Of a DNA stretch of 64,000 bases, positions 37,438-46,358 are shown one piece after another (position 1 is the stretch's first letter; the number at the start of each line of letters is the position of its first letter). Both the position numbers and the translations under genes were made by a program. Under the pieces are notes generated by a model. It was not told where the DNA came from. It did not search any database and worked only from the letters and a program-made list of their open reading frames with translations. This DNA comes from Oscillospiraceae bacterium (GTDB taxonomy: Bacteria; Bacillota; Clostridia; Oscillospirales; CAG-272). The stretch is taken from NCBI GenBank assembly GCA_015065295.1, contig SVQN01000004.1:3047-67046 (forward strand), read 5' to 3'.

Positions 37438-38733
37438 ATGGTTGAAATCACCGGGGTTCTGCCCCATTCGAGAGCGGCGCGCGCCGGTATCCGTGCCGGA
37501 GATGTCCTGCTCGAGATCAATTCCCATGCAATAGGCGACGTTCTCGATTACCGCTTCCGCCTTGCCGAGGATGTGGTCATCCTGAAGCTCCACCGCGGTG
37601 CCGACCTTCTGGAAGTCAGAATCAAAAAGGACACCTACGACGATATCGGTCTGGAATTCGGTACGCCCCTGATGGACAAAAAGCACCGCTGCGAAAACGG
37701 CTGCATTTTCTGCTTCATTGACCAGAATCCGAAGGGGATGCGCGAAACCATCTACTTCAAGGACGACGACAGCCGTCTCTCCTTCCTCCACGGCAACTAT
37801 ATTACCCTCACCAATATGCGCGACGAGGACATTGACCGCATCATTGAAATGCACATTTCTCCCGTCAATGTCTCCGTTCATTCGACCAATCCCGAGCTGC
37901 GCGTGAAAATGATGAAGAACAAGCGCGCCGGCGAAGTGCTCCGCTATCTCCGCAAGCTCGCGGATGCGGGAATCAAGCTGCGCGGACAGATCGTCCTCTG
38001 CCGCGGCATCAACGACGGCGACGAACTCACACGCAGTATGACTGATCTTGCAGCGTATTATCCCGCGCTTGACAGTGTTTCGGTCGTTCCTGCCGGTCTG
38101 ACCGCGTACCGCGAAGGTCTTTTCCACCTCGAACCCTTCACCGCCGAGGAATGCGCCGCCGTGATCGATCAGGTCGAATCGTTCAACGCGACCCTTGAAG
38201 AACGTCTGTTCTTCGCGTCGGACGAATTTTATATCAAATGCGGACGTCCTCTCCCGGAAGGTGCCTACTACGGGGAATATCTCCAGATTGAGAACGGCGT
38301 CGGGATGCTGACTTCGTTCGGCTCGGAATTCGATTTCATGCTGGAAAACCTCCTCGATGACGAAAAACTTGCGAAGCGGGAAATTTCCGTTGCCACCGGC
38401 GAAGCGGCGTATGACTTTATCGTCCGTCAGGTCGAAAAACTCACGTCCGCCTGCCCGAATCTGACGTGTCACGTCCATAAAGTGAAAAACAATTTCTTCG
38501 GCGGGGAAGTCACCGTCACCGGCCTTCTGACCGGTACCGATTTCGCAGATCAGCTTGCCGGAAAACCGCTCGGCGAAACGCTGTACCTCTCCCGCACGAC
38601 TCTGCGGGCCGAAGGCGACCTCTTCCTCTGCGGAATGTCCCCGGACGAATTATCCGAAACCCTCGGCGTCAACATTGAATTTATCGAAAACGACGGCAGC
38701 GAATTCTGCGTAAAACTGCTCGGTCTGGAGTAA
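37438..38733 (+). CDS. DUF512 protein (PDZ + radical-SAM-like)
   Basis: 431 aa with an N-terminal PDZ-like segment (GVLPHSRAARAGIRAGDVLLEIN) and the Cys motif CENGCIFC. It occupies the conserved position upstream of der. Confidence 0.8.
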   Translation: MVEITGVLPHSRAARAGIRAGDVLLEINSHAIGDVLDYRFRLAEDVVILKLHRGADLLEVRIKKDTYDDIGLEFGTPLMDKKHRCENGCIFCFIDQNPKGMRETIYFKDDDSRLSFLHGNYITLTNMRDEDIDRIIEMHISPVNVSVHSTNPELRVKMMKNKRAGEVLRYLRKLADAGIKLRGQIVLCRGINDGDELTRSMTDLAAYYPALDSVSVVPAGLTAYREGLFHLEPFTAEECAAVIDQVESFNATLEERLFFASDEFYIKCGRPLPEGAYYGEYLQIENGVGMLTSFGSEFDFMLENLLDDEKLAKREISVATGEAAYDFIVRQVEKLTSACPNLTCHVHKVKNNFFGGEVTVTGLLTGTDFADQLAGKPLGETLYLSRTTLRAEGDLFLCGMSPDELSETLGVNIEFIENDGSEFCVKLLGLE

Positions 38734-38774
38734 AACAAAAAATCCGCACAAACTCAAATCCACTATTTCAGTAT

Positions 38775-38851
38775 AAAAATTTTTGAAGATGGGCGTAGTT
38801 CCGCAATCGGAACTACAGGGGAAGGAACTTTTTTCAAAAAGTTCCTTCCCC
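38775..38851 (-). repeat. Rep-1 copy E (with extra inserted hairpin)
   Basis: The stem is GGGGAAGGAAC.../...GTTCCTTCCCC. An extra hairpin GTAGTTCCG-CAAT-CGGAACTAC sits between tail and stem. Located between DUF512 and der. Confidence 0.8.
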
Positions 38852-38878
38852 AAGAAAATATATTTAAGGAGAAACACT

Positions 38879-40216
38879 ATGGCAAAACCTGTGATTGCGA
38901 TTGTCGGACGGCCGAACGTCGGCAAGAGCACGCTGTTCAATAAACTCATCGGGGAACGCCGCGCCATTGTTGAGGACGTTCCCGGCATCACCCGCGACCG
39001 TATCTACGGCGAGACCGAATGGAGGGGCCGCAAACTCATGGTCATCGACACCGGCGGGATCGAGCCGAAGACCGACAACATTATTCTTCAGAAAATGCGC
39101 GAACAGGCGCAGATCGCCATTGATATGGCGGACGTCATCCTGTTCGTCTGCGATATCCGCACAGGTCTCCTCGCCGACGACCTTGACATCGGTATGATGC
39201 TCATGCGCAGCGGCAAGCCCGTTGTCCCCTGCATCAACAAGGCCGACAAGATCGGCGATCTGCCTGCGGAATTCTACGACTTCTATCAGCTCGGCTTTGA
39301 AATCGAGCCGATCGCGCTGTCTTCCCTCCACGGAAGCGGTTCCGGCGATGTGCTGGACGCGGCTCTTGCTGCCCTTCCGGATGACTTTGACTCCGAAGAA
39401 GGGGACGACGATGCCGTTTCCGTTGCCGTGATCGGAAAGCCGAACGCCGGAAAATCCTCCATCGTCAACCGTCTCTGCGGCGATGAACGCTGCATTGTTT
39501 CCGATATCCCCGGCACCACCCGCGACGCCATCGACACTACCATCGAAAACGAATTCGGCCGTTTCAACCTCATCGATACCGCCGGGATCCGCCGTCAGGC
39601 AAAGGTTGAAGACCGCGTCGAAAAATTCAGCGTCCTCCGCGCGAAGATGGCTGTCGAACGTGCCAATGTCTGCCTGCTCATGGTTGACGCGAAGGAAGGC
39701 GTGACCGAACAGGACGAAAAGATCGCCGGCATCGCACATGAAGCGGGCAAGGCGTCCATCATCTGCATCAACAAGTGGGACCTTATCGATAAGGACAACA
39801 GCACTACCAACGAATTCAACAAGAAAGTTTACGACGCGCTGTCCTATATGACCTACGCGCCGATTATGTATATCTCCGCAAAGACCGGTCAGCGTGTGGA
39901 CAAGCTGTTTGAACAGATCAACTACGTCCACAACCAGACCAATATGCGCGTGTCCACCGGTATGCTCAACGACGTTCTCGCTGATGCCGTTGCGCGTGTT
40001 CAGCCGCCGTCCGACAAAGGCAGACGTCTCAAGATTTACTATATGACCCAGATTTCCGTTGCGCCGCCGACCTTCGTTATTTTCTGCAACAACGCGGAAC
40101 TCTTCCACTTCTCCTATCAGCGGTACATCGAAAACTGCCTCCGCCAGACCTTCGGCTTCAAAGGCACCCCGATCCGCCTCATTATCCGTCAGAAAGGCGA
40201 CGAGGGTGAAGAATAA
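38879..40216 (+). CDS. der: ribosome-biogenesis GTPase Der (EngA)
   Basis: Two G domains (GRPNVGKST, GKPNAGKSS) plus a KH-like C-terminus. True start is ATG 38879 (MAKPVIAIVG, AAGGAG RBS); the track ORF start 38783 reads through Rep-1 copy E. Confidence 0.95.
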   Translation: MAKPVIAIVGRPNVGKSTLFNKLIGERRAIVEDVPGITRDRIYGETEWRGRKLMVIDTGGIEPKTDNIILQKMREQAQIAIDMADVILFVCDIRTGLLADDLDIGMMLMRSGKPVVPCINKADKIGDLPAEFYDFYQLGFEIEPIALSSLHGSGSGDVLDAALAALPDDFDSEEGDDDAVSVAVIGKPNAGKSSIVNRLCGDERCIVSDIPGTTRDAIDTTIENEFGRFNLIDTAGIRRQAKVEDRVEKFSVLRAKMAVERANVCLLMVDAKEGVTEQDEKIAGIAHEAGKASIICINKWDLIDKDNSTTNEFNKKVYDALSYMTYAPIMYISAKTGQRVDKLFEQINYVHNQTNMRVSTGMLNDVLADAVARVQPPSDKGRRLKIYYMTQISVAPPTFVIFCNNAELFHFSYQRYIENCLRQTFGFKGTPIRLIIRQKGDEGEE

Positions 40217-40920
40217 TGCTGCATTTACTTCTTCGGTATGAAGTCGGATTCATGGGACTGATCGGGTATTTCTGGAAAGACATCCCGCTTATCCCGAGTA
40301 TGCTTCTGGTGCTGGTGTATGTGCTGATCCCGTATCTTCTCGGCAGCATCAACACCGCGATCCTCGTTTCCAAACAGTTTTATCATGACGACATCCGCAA
40401 GTACGGCAGCGGAAATGCCGGATTCACAAATGTCATGCGTACTTACGGAAAAAAGGCCGCGATCATTACCTTTGCCGGCGATATCCTCAAAACCCTGCTT
40501 GCCATTCTGGTCGGCTGGTGTGTGTTCGGCTATCTGACCGCATACATTGCCGGATTCGCCTGTTTCCTCGGACATATTTTCCCCGTCTTCTACAATTTCA
40601 AGGGCGGCAAGGGTGTCCTCTGCATGGCGACCATCATGCTCATGCTCGACTGGCGTATTTTCTGCGCACTTCTCGTGGTGTTCGTCGGAATTGTCATGGC
40701 GACCAAGTATATTTCCGCCGGTTCGGTCATCTGCGCGATGATGTTCCCGCTTATGCTTAACCGTATGAACAATACCGGTATTTACATGATCGAATTCGTT
40801 GCCATCGCCATTGCGGTGATCGTGGTCATCAAGCACCGCGAAAACCTCAAGCGTATTTTCAACGGCACCGAAAGCAAGTTTAAAATCAAAAAGAGCAAAG
40901 AAACCGGAGAGGGCAAATGA
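40216..40920 (+). CDS. plsY: glycerol-3-phosphate acyltransferase PlsY
   Basis: GSINTAILVSK...GSGNAGFTNVMR signature. The start is uncertain (40216 overlaps the der stop; internal ATGs at 40252 and 40300 are also possible). Confidence 0.88.
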   Translation: MLHLLLRYEVGFMGLIGYFWKDIPLIPSMLLVLVYVLIPYLLGSINTAILVSKQFYHDDIRKYGSGNAGFTNVMRTYGKKAAIITFAGDILKTLLAILVGWCVFGYLTAYIAGFACFLGHIFPVFYNFKGGKGVLCMATIMLMLDWRIFCALLVVFVGIVMATKYISAGSVICAMMFPLMLNRMNNTGIYMIEFVAIAIAVIVVIKHRENLKRIFNGTESKFKIKKSKETGEGK

Positions 40921-42086
40921 GTATGGACAACAAAGAAAAACTCGCCGCTTTCGCCGGACTGACCGGAAAAAGTCTGACCTCCGGCGGACTGGTCAATGTG
41001 GTGTTCCATTCTCCCGCATCCGGCGATGCGCTCAAGGCAAAGGGAACACCGAAAACCATCGCGGGGAAAACCGTCCTCCAGATCGAAACGTCGCTCACCG
41101 AAGGACGTGTAACTCACGAAAATCTCACGGAAGGGGAGATTGCCTCCGCTCTTCCGAAGCAGTTTGAAACCTTCCGTAAGGCCGACCTCACCGATAAAAA
41201 CGGGACGGCATCGGTCATGATTTCGAAAAAAGGCGCGGTCACGCTTCTCGAAAAAGGGAAGATCGGTACGGCTGTCGAAAAACCGGCGGCCGATTCCGGC
41301 AACGACCGCGAAAAATCCCGTCTTCTGTCGGGAAATGAAGAATTTCTGAAAGCCCTGGATGTCGCCGACAAAAACGGCCGCATCCACGATAAAAAGCAGG
41401 CGAAGTTCCGCCAGATCTGCCGGTTTTCCGAGTATATCGCGGAAGCGGCGGCAAAGCTGAATCCGGAAGGAGAACTGTACGTCTGCGACCTCTGCTGCGG
41501 CAAGAGTTATCTCAGCTTTGCGGCGTACCATGTGCTGACCGCCGTTCTCGGACGGCAGGTGAAAATGTCCTGCGTTGACCTCAAGAAGAGCGTCATCGAC
41601 TACTGCGCGGACATTGCGAAGAAGTCCGGCATGGACGGAATGGAGTTCGTCTGCGGGGACATCAACGAGTTTGAGCCTCTGCGGAAGCCCGATCTGGTCA
41701 TTTCGCTCCACGCGTGCGATATTGCTACGGATATCGTGCTGAACTTTGCCGTGCGGCATCACGCGGAGGCGATCCTGTCCACGCCGTGCTGCCATCATCA
41801 GATGAACCGCGAAATGAACTGCCCCACGCTGGACTTCATCGCGGAACGTCCGGTCCTCCGTCAGAAGCTGGCGGACGCGGCAACGGATGCGCTCCGTCTC
41901 CTGATGCTCGACGCGGCCGGCTACAGGACCGACGCGACCGAGTTCATTGACCCGGAGGACACGCCGAAGAACATCATGCTCCGCGCACACCGCCGGAAAC
42001 ACTGGCGGGATGATTCCAGGGAAGCGGCGGACAAGCGCGAACGCTACCGTGCAGCGTACTTCTTCATGTACGGAAAAGAAATATGA
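40917..42086 (+). CDS. SAM-dependent methyltransferase-like protein
   Basis: 389 aa with an ATGA overlap with plsY. MTase-like core VCDLCCGKSYLSF...SLHACD. The stop overlaps the edge of Rep-2 copy P8. Confidence 0.65.
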   Translation: MSMDNKEKLAAFAGLTGKSLTSGGLVNVVFHSPASGDALKAKGTPKTIAGKTVLQIETSLTEGRVTHENLTEGEIASALPKQFETFRKADLTDKNGTASVMISKKGAVTLLEKGKIGTAVEKPAADSGNDREKSRLLSGNEEFLKALDVADKNGRIHDKKQAKFRQICRFSEYIAEAAAKLNPEGELYVCDLCCGKSYLSFAAYHVLTAVLGRQVKMSCVDLKKSVIDYCADIAKKSGMDGMEFVCGDINEFEPLRKPDLVISLHACDIATDIVLNFAVRHHAEAILSTPCCHHQMNREMNCPTLDFIAERPVLRQKLADAATDALRLLMLDAAGYRTDATEFIDPEDTPKNIMLRAHRRKHWRDDSREAADKRERYRAAYFFMYGKEI

Positions 42087-42192
42087 CTAAGGACGAATGG
42101 TGAATGGTGAAGGACTGGGGCTGAACTTTACGTCAGACGGACAGACTTGAAATTTCATATAGTCATTCACCCTTAACCATTAGTCCTTAGTC
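42085..42192. repeat. Rep-2 copy P8
   Basis: GACTAAGGACGAATGGTGAATGGTGAAGGACT...ATAGTCATTCACCCTTAACCATTAGTCCTTAGTC. Lies between the MTase and PHP genes. Confidence 0.9.
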
Positions 42193-42228
42193 GAAAAAAT
42201 ATATTTTTTTATTGAAAGGCAAACGAAT

Positions 42229-43506
42229 ATGGAAACAGCAGAACTTCTCAAAACCATATCCAGAGTCGATATCTCCGCCGATGAGCGTCTCGCCGCTCTT
42301 GCGGAACTCAAGAAAAAGATCGACGCAGGCGAAATTCCCACACCCGAACGCGGAATTTTCGTCAACAACCACATCCACACCTCGTACTCGTTCTCGCCTT
42401 ACACCCCCACTTCCGCTGTGTTCTACGCATGGAAGGCAGGACTGCGTACCGCCGGAATCATGGACCACGACAGTGTCGGCGGCACCAAGGAATTCATCAA
42501 GGCGGGCGAGATTATGAATATGCCGATCACCTGCGGGTTTGAATGCCGCGTGAACGTGGACGGTACCTCCCTCGTCGGACGCAAGATCAACAATCCCGAC
42601 CAGAATTCCTGCGTATACCTCGCTATGCACGGGATTCCGCACCAGAACATTGATCGTGCGGAAGAACTTCTCTCCGGCATCCGCGAAAAGAGAAATCTCC
42701 GCAACCGCAAGATGTGCGACAACATCAACGAGCTGGTGAAGGAAGTCGGCATCGTTCTCGACTTTGACGCGGACGTTTATCCGCTGTCCATGGCACACGA
42801 AGGCGGCAGCGTGACCGAACGTCATATCTGCTACGCGCTCACCAAGAAGATCACCGGCAAGTATCCGGATCGTGCGGACGCGTGCGATTTCCTCGAAAAG
42901 ATGACCGGCGTACCGCTCGGTAAGACCCGTGAAAAGCTGATGACCGCTCCCGAAGAATTCTACGAATACGACATTCTCGGCGTTCTCAAGGGACACCTTG
43001 TCGGCAAGTTCTACGTCAATGCGACCGACGAATGCATCAACATCCGTGAATTCACCGCATTTGCGAAGGAACTCGGCGCGATTTCCGCGTACGCTTACCT
43101 CGGCGACGTCGGCGAATCCCCCACAGGCGACAAAAAGGCACAGAAGTTCGAAGACGATTACCTCGACGAACTGTTCGGCGTACTCCGCGACTGCGGCTTC
43201 TCCGCCGTAACCTATATGCCGTCCAGAAATACGAAGGAACAGCTCCGCCGCGTCATGGACCTCTGCCACGCTAACGGTCTGTTTGAAATCTCCGGCGAAG
43301 ACATCAACTCTCCTCGCCAGTCCTTCATCTGCCAGGCACTTGCTGATCCGGCATACGCACACCTCCGCGAAGCGACCTACGCTCTCATCGGTCACGAAAA
43401 GGCAGCGACCGCCAACCTCGGCGATGCCATGTTTGCTCCGGCAAATACCGCATCCCTTGACGAAAAGATCAAGAAGTATGCAGCCATCGGCGGTTACGAA
43501 GGTTAA
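42229..43506 (+). CDS. PHP-domain metal-dependent phosphoesterase
   Basis: 425 aa with the PHP N-terminal His motif NNHIHTSYSFSPY. Confidence 0.7.
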   Translation: METAELLKTISRVDISADERLAALAELKKKIDAGEIPTPERGIFVNNHIHTSYSFSPYTPTSAVFYAWKAGLRTAGIMDHDSVGGTKEFIKAGEIMNMPITCGFECRVNVDGTSLVGRKINNPDQNSCVYLAMHGIPHQNIDRAEELLSGIREKRNLRNRKMCDNINELVKEVGIVLDFDADVYPLSMAHEGGSVTERHICYALTKKITGKYPDRADACDFLEKMTGVPLGKTREKLMTAPEEFYEYDILGVLKGHLVGKFYVNATDECINIREFTAFAKELGAISAYAYLGDVGESPTGDKKAQKFEDDYLDELFGVLRDCGFSAVTYMPSRNTKEQLRRVMDLCHANGLFEISGEDINSPRQSFICQALADPAYAHLREATYALIGHEKAATANLGDAMFAPANTASLDEKIKKYAAIGGYEG

Positions 43507-43549
43507 TTTCAGTTCCCAATTTTACATTATATAAAGGAGATCAGTCATC

Positions 43550-45499
43550 ATGAGCATCGAAACTCTTGTTGAATTTTCCAATCGTTACGGTAAAAATGCG
43601 GCGTTCGTTCTTGCGGGCGGCGGCAATACCTCCTATAAGAACGACGAATATCTCTACATCAAGGGAAGCGGTACCTCCCTTGCAACCATCACCGAAGCTG
43701 GCTTCGTCAAGATGGAACGCGCGAGACTTGCGAAAATCTGGGAAAACCAGTACTCCGCAGACACCGCCACCCGTGAAGCAGAAGTTCTCCGCGACCTGAT
43801 GGCATCCAAGGCAATCGGCGAAGAAGCAAAGCGTCCGTCCGTCGAAACCCTTCTGCATGATCTGTTCCCGCAGACCTACATCCTCCACGTTCATCCGTCC
43901 TCCGTCAACGCAGTGACCTGCTGCGCGGGTGCGGAAGCGAAGGTAAAGGAACTCTTCCCGGAAGCCGTATGGGTTGACGAATGCGAACCCGGCTATATCC
44001 TCGCGGCAAACTGCCGTCAGAAGCTCCTCGCATATACTGAAGCGACCGGCAAGGCGGCTAACGTTGTCTTCCTCCAGAACCACGGCATCTTCTTCGCGGC
44101 AGACTCCTCCGAAGAACTCGACGTTGTTGTTGCTTCCGTGATGGACAAGATCGCGGCTCTCCTCACCGTAAAGCCCGACTTCTCCGAATGCGAAACCGAT
44201 ACCGCAGCGGCTGCAAAGATCGCTCCCGTTCTCCGTATGACCTACGATGCAAACGGCGACGCAGTCGTTGTCTTCACCTGCAACAAGGAAATCATGAAGT
44301 ACGCGGCATCTGCGGAAGCATTTACAACCCTCCGCGAACCGCTGTCCCCCGACCACATCGTATACTGCAAGGCAGAACCCCTCTTCATCGAAGACTTTAC
44401 CGTTGCCGGCATTCAGGCGGCGTTCGCTGAACTTACCGCTCGCCGCGGCTTCCAGCCGAAGGTTGTTTTCGCCAAGGGCATCGGTATGTTCACCATCGGC
44501 AAGACCGTGAAGGAAGCGAAGACCGCTGCTGCTGTATGGCAGGATGCAATGACGATCACCACGCTGGCTGAAAACTTCGGCGGCGTACGCCACATGGCTC
44601 CCGCGATGGTTGACTTCATCGTAAACTGGGAAGTTGAAAGCTACCGCGCGAAGGTAAGCCTTGCAGGCGGTTCCGCGAAGGCTCTCGCAGGCAAGATTGC
44701 AATTGTCACCGGCAGCGCACAGGGCTTCGGTGCGGGCATTGCGAAGTACCTCGCAAGCGAAGGCGCATCCGTTGTGATCGCCGACATGAATATCGCCGGT
44801 GCGGAAAAGACCGCAGCGGAAATCACGGAAGAAACCGGCGCGGCTACCCTTGCGGTTGCGGCAAACGTATCCGACGAAGACAGCGTCCGTGCGATGATCG
44901 AAAAGACCGTTCTCACATTCGGCGGTCTCGACGTATTTGTCAATAATGCGGGCATCGTCCGTGCAGGTTCTCTCGAAGAAATGACCAAGTCGAACTTCGA
45001 ACTCGTTGCGGCTGTCAACTACACCGCATACTTCCTCTGCGCGAAGTACGCATCTGCTGTTATGAAGCTCGAACGCGCGGCTTCTCCGGAATACATGACC
45101 GACATCGTGGAAATCAACTCCAAGTCCGGTCTGTCCGGCTCCAACAAGAACTTTGCATACGCAGGCTCCAAGTTCGGCGGCATCGGTCTGACCCAGTCCT
45201 TCGCCATGGAACTGGCTCCTTACGGCATCAAGGTCAACGCTGTCTGCCCGGGCAACTTCCTGAACGGTCCCCTGTGGTCCGATCCGGAAAAGGGTCTGTT
45301 CGTACAGTACCTGAACGCAGGCAAGGTTCCCGGCGCGAAGACCGTGGAAGACGTAAAGAAGTTCTACGAATCCAAGGTTCCGCTCGGACGCGGCTGTGAA
45401 ATCGAAGACGTAGCGAAGGCCGTTCTCTACATCATCGACCAGAAGTACGAAACCGGTCAGGCAGTCCCTGTCACCGGCGGTCAGGAAATGCTCAAGTAA
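43550..45499 (+). CDS. bifunctional class-II aldolase / short-chain dehydrogenase (RhaD-like fusion)
   Basis: 649 aa with an N-terminal aldolase/adducin-like half. The C-terminal SDR half has TGSAQGFG (TGxxxGxG) and YAGSKFG (YxxxK). Confidence 0.8.
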   Translation: MSIETLVEFSNRYGKNAAFVLAGGGNTSYKNDEYLYIKGSGTSLATITEAGFVKMERARLAKIWENQYSADTATREAEVLRDLMASKAIGEEAKRPSVETLLHDLFPQTYILHVHPSSVNAVTCCAGAEAKVKELFPEAVWVDECEPGYILAANCRQKLLAYTEATGKAANVVFLQNHGIFFAADSSEELDVVVASVMDKIAALLTVKPDFSECETDTAAAAKIAPVLRMTYDANGDAVVVFTCNKEIMKYAASAEAFTTLREPLSPDHIVYCKAEPLFIEDFTVAGIQAAFAELTARRGFQPKVVFAKGIGMFTIGKTVKEAKTAAAVWQDAMTITTLAENFGGVRHMAPAMVDFIVNWEVESYRAKVSLAGGSAKALAGKIAIVTGSAQGFGAGIAKYLASEGASVVIADMNIAGAEKTAAEITEETGAATLAVAANVSDEDSVRAMIEKTVLTFGGLDVFVNNAGIVRAGSLEEMTKSNFELVAAVNYTAYFLCAKYASAVMKLERAASPEYMTDIVEINSKSGLSGSNKNFAYAGSKFGGIGLTQSFAMELAPYGIKVNAVCPGNFLNGPLWSDPEKGLFVQYLNAGKVPGAKTVEDVKKFYESKVPLGRGCEIEDVAKAVLYIIDQKYETGQAVPVTGGQEMLK

Positions 45500-45515
45500 T
45501 TGATTATAGTTTTTC

Positions 45516-45575
45516 GGGGGAAACCTTTTTGAGGAAAAGGTTTCCCCCGAACCCCTTTCCAAAACCTTTTTGAAC
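45516..45575 (+). repeat. Rep-1 copy F
   Basis: GGGGGAAACCTTTTTGAGGAAAAGGTTTCCCCC-GAA-CCCCTTTCCAAAACCTTTTTGAAC. Starts 16 nt after the aldolase/SDR stop. Confidence 0.9.
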
Positions 45576-45642
45576 TGGAAAAGGAATGGATTGGGTACAG
45601 TTCTTATAGTTGGGGTGAGACTGATAGTTTGGCTCACGGTGG

Positions 45643-45669
45643 AGAACGGTTTGGAGCCGTTCTTTTTTT
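45643..45669 (+). terminator. Terminator downstream of aldolase/SDR gene and Rep-1 F
   Basis: GAACGG-TTTGGAG-CCGTTC followed by T7. Confidence 0.7.
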
Positions 45670-45732
45670 CATACGCTTCCGCTATGGTGAAACGCTCTAA
45701 ATTTCGATTTGGTTAATTGTCCACAATGTTCA

Positions 45733-45761
45733 TTGACATTTATCGTTATTTGTAGTATAAT
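45733..45761 (+). promoter_or_regulatory. Putative blaI-like promoter
   Basis: TTGACA-17 nt-TATAAT. TGTA/TACA-rich sequence around -10 (TTGTAGTATAATTGTTGTATA) could be the BlaI-type operator. Confidence 0.55.
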
Positions 45762-45827
45762 TGTTGTATATGATTTGGCGTGTTCGGGATTTTTCCGGAT
45801 ATACGCCGTTTAAGGAGATTTCAAACC

Positions 45828-46226
45828 ATGAGAGGAAGAAGAAAAACTGTGAAAATATCCGAAGCGGAATGGAGCATTATGAAGGTTCTGTGGGACGGCT
45901 GCGCGCAGAGTGACCGCGGCATGACCCTCGGCGAAATTGTTGCGGCTCTTGCGGAAACCTCCAACTGGAGCAATACCACGATCCGCACGCTGATTATCCG
46001 TCTGGCGGAAAAGGACGCGGTCGATATCGACAAGACGACCGGTGTTTACAAGTACACCCCCCGCACCTCCAAGGAAGACTGCGTGAAGAGCGAAGTGGAA
46101 TCCTTTGTGGAACGTGTGTTCGACAATTCTGCCTACAAGCTGATGGCGTCTCTCGTACGCGAAGGACGTCTGACCGAAAAGGAAAAGAAGGATATTATCA
46201 ATATTTTAAACGAAATCGAAGATTAA
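45828..46226 (+). CDS. BlaI/MecI/CopY-family transcriptional repressor
   Basis: 132 aa from ATG 45828 (AAGGAG RBS). Winged-helix pattern SEAEWSIMKVLWD...TIRTLIIRLAEKDAV. Confidence 0.88.
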   Translation: MRGRRKTVKISEAEWSIMKVLWDGCAQSDRGMTLGEIVAALAETSNWSNTTIRTLIIRLAEKDAVDIDKTTGVYKYTPRTSKEDCVKSEVESFVERVFDNSAYKLMASLVREGRLTEKEKKDIINILNEIED

Positions 46227-46233
46227 GTGAATA

Positions 46234-46341
46234 GACTAAGGACTAAGGGTGAATGGTGAATGACTATGGTGAAATGTTATGGTATCCGGCTTGACGTACA
46301 ATTTGGATATAGTCCTTCACCCTTAACCATTAGCTATTAGC
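46234..46341. repeat. Rep-2 copy P9
   Basis: GACTAAGGACTAAGGGTGAATGGTGAATGACTAT...ATAGTCCTTCACCCTTAACCATTAGCTATTAGC. Lies between the blaI-like and blaR1-like genes. Confidence 0.9.
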
Positions 46342-46358
46342 TCACCGAAGGTGATAGT

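Noticed and set aside
11971-46341. Rep-2 palindromes as integron attC sites or a gene-cassette array.
   Set aside because: The ends are GACTAAG/CTTAGTC, not RYYYAAC/GTTRRRY. The flanking genes are housekeeping genes on both strands (mtnN, nadE, trxB), not promoterless cassettes. No intI or attI is present.
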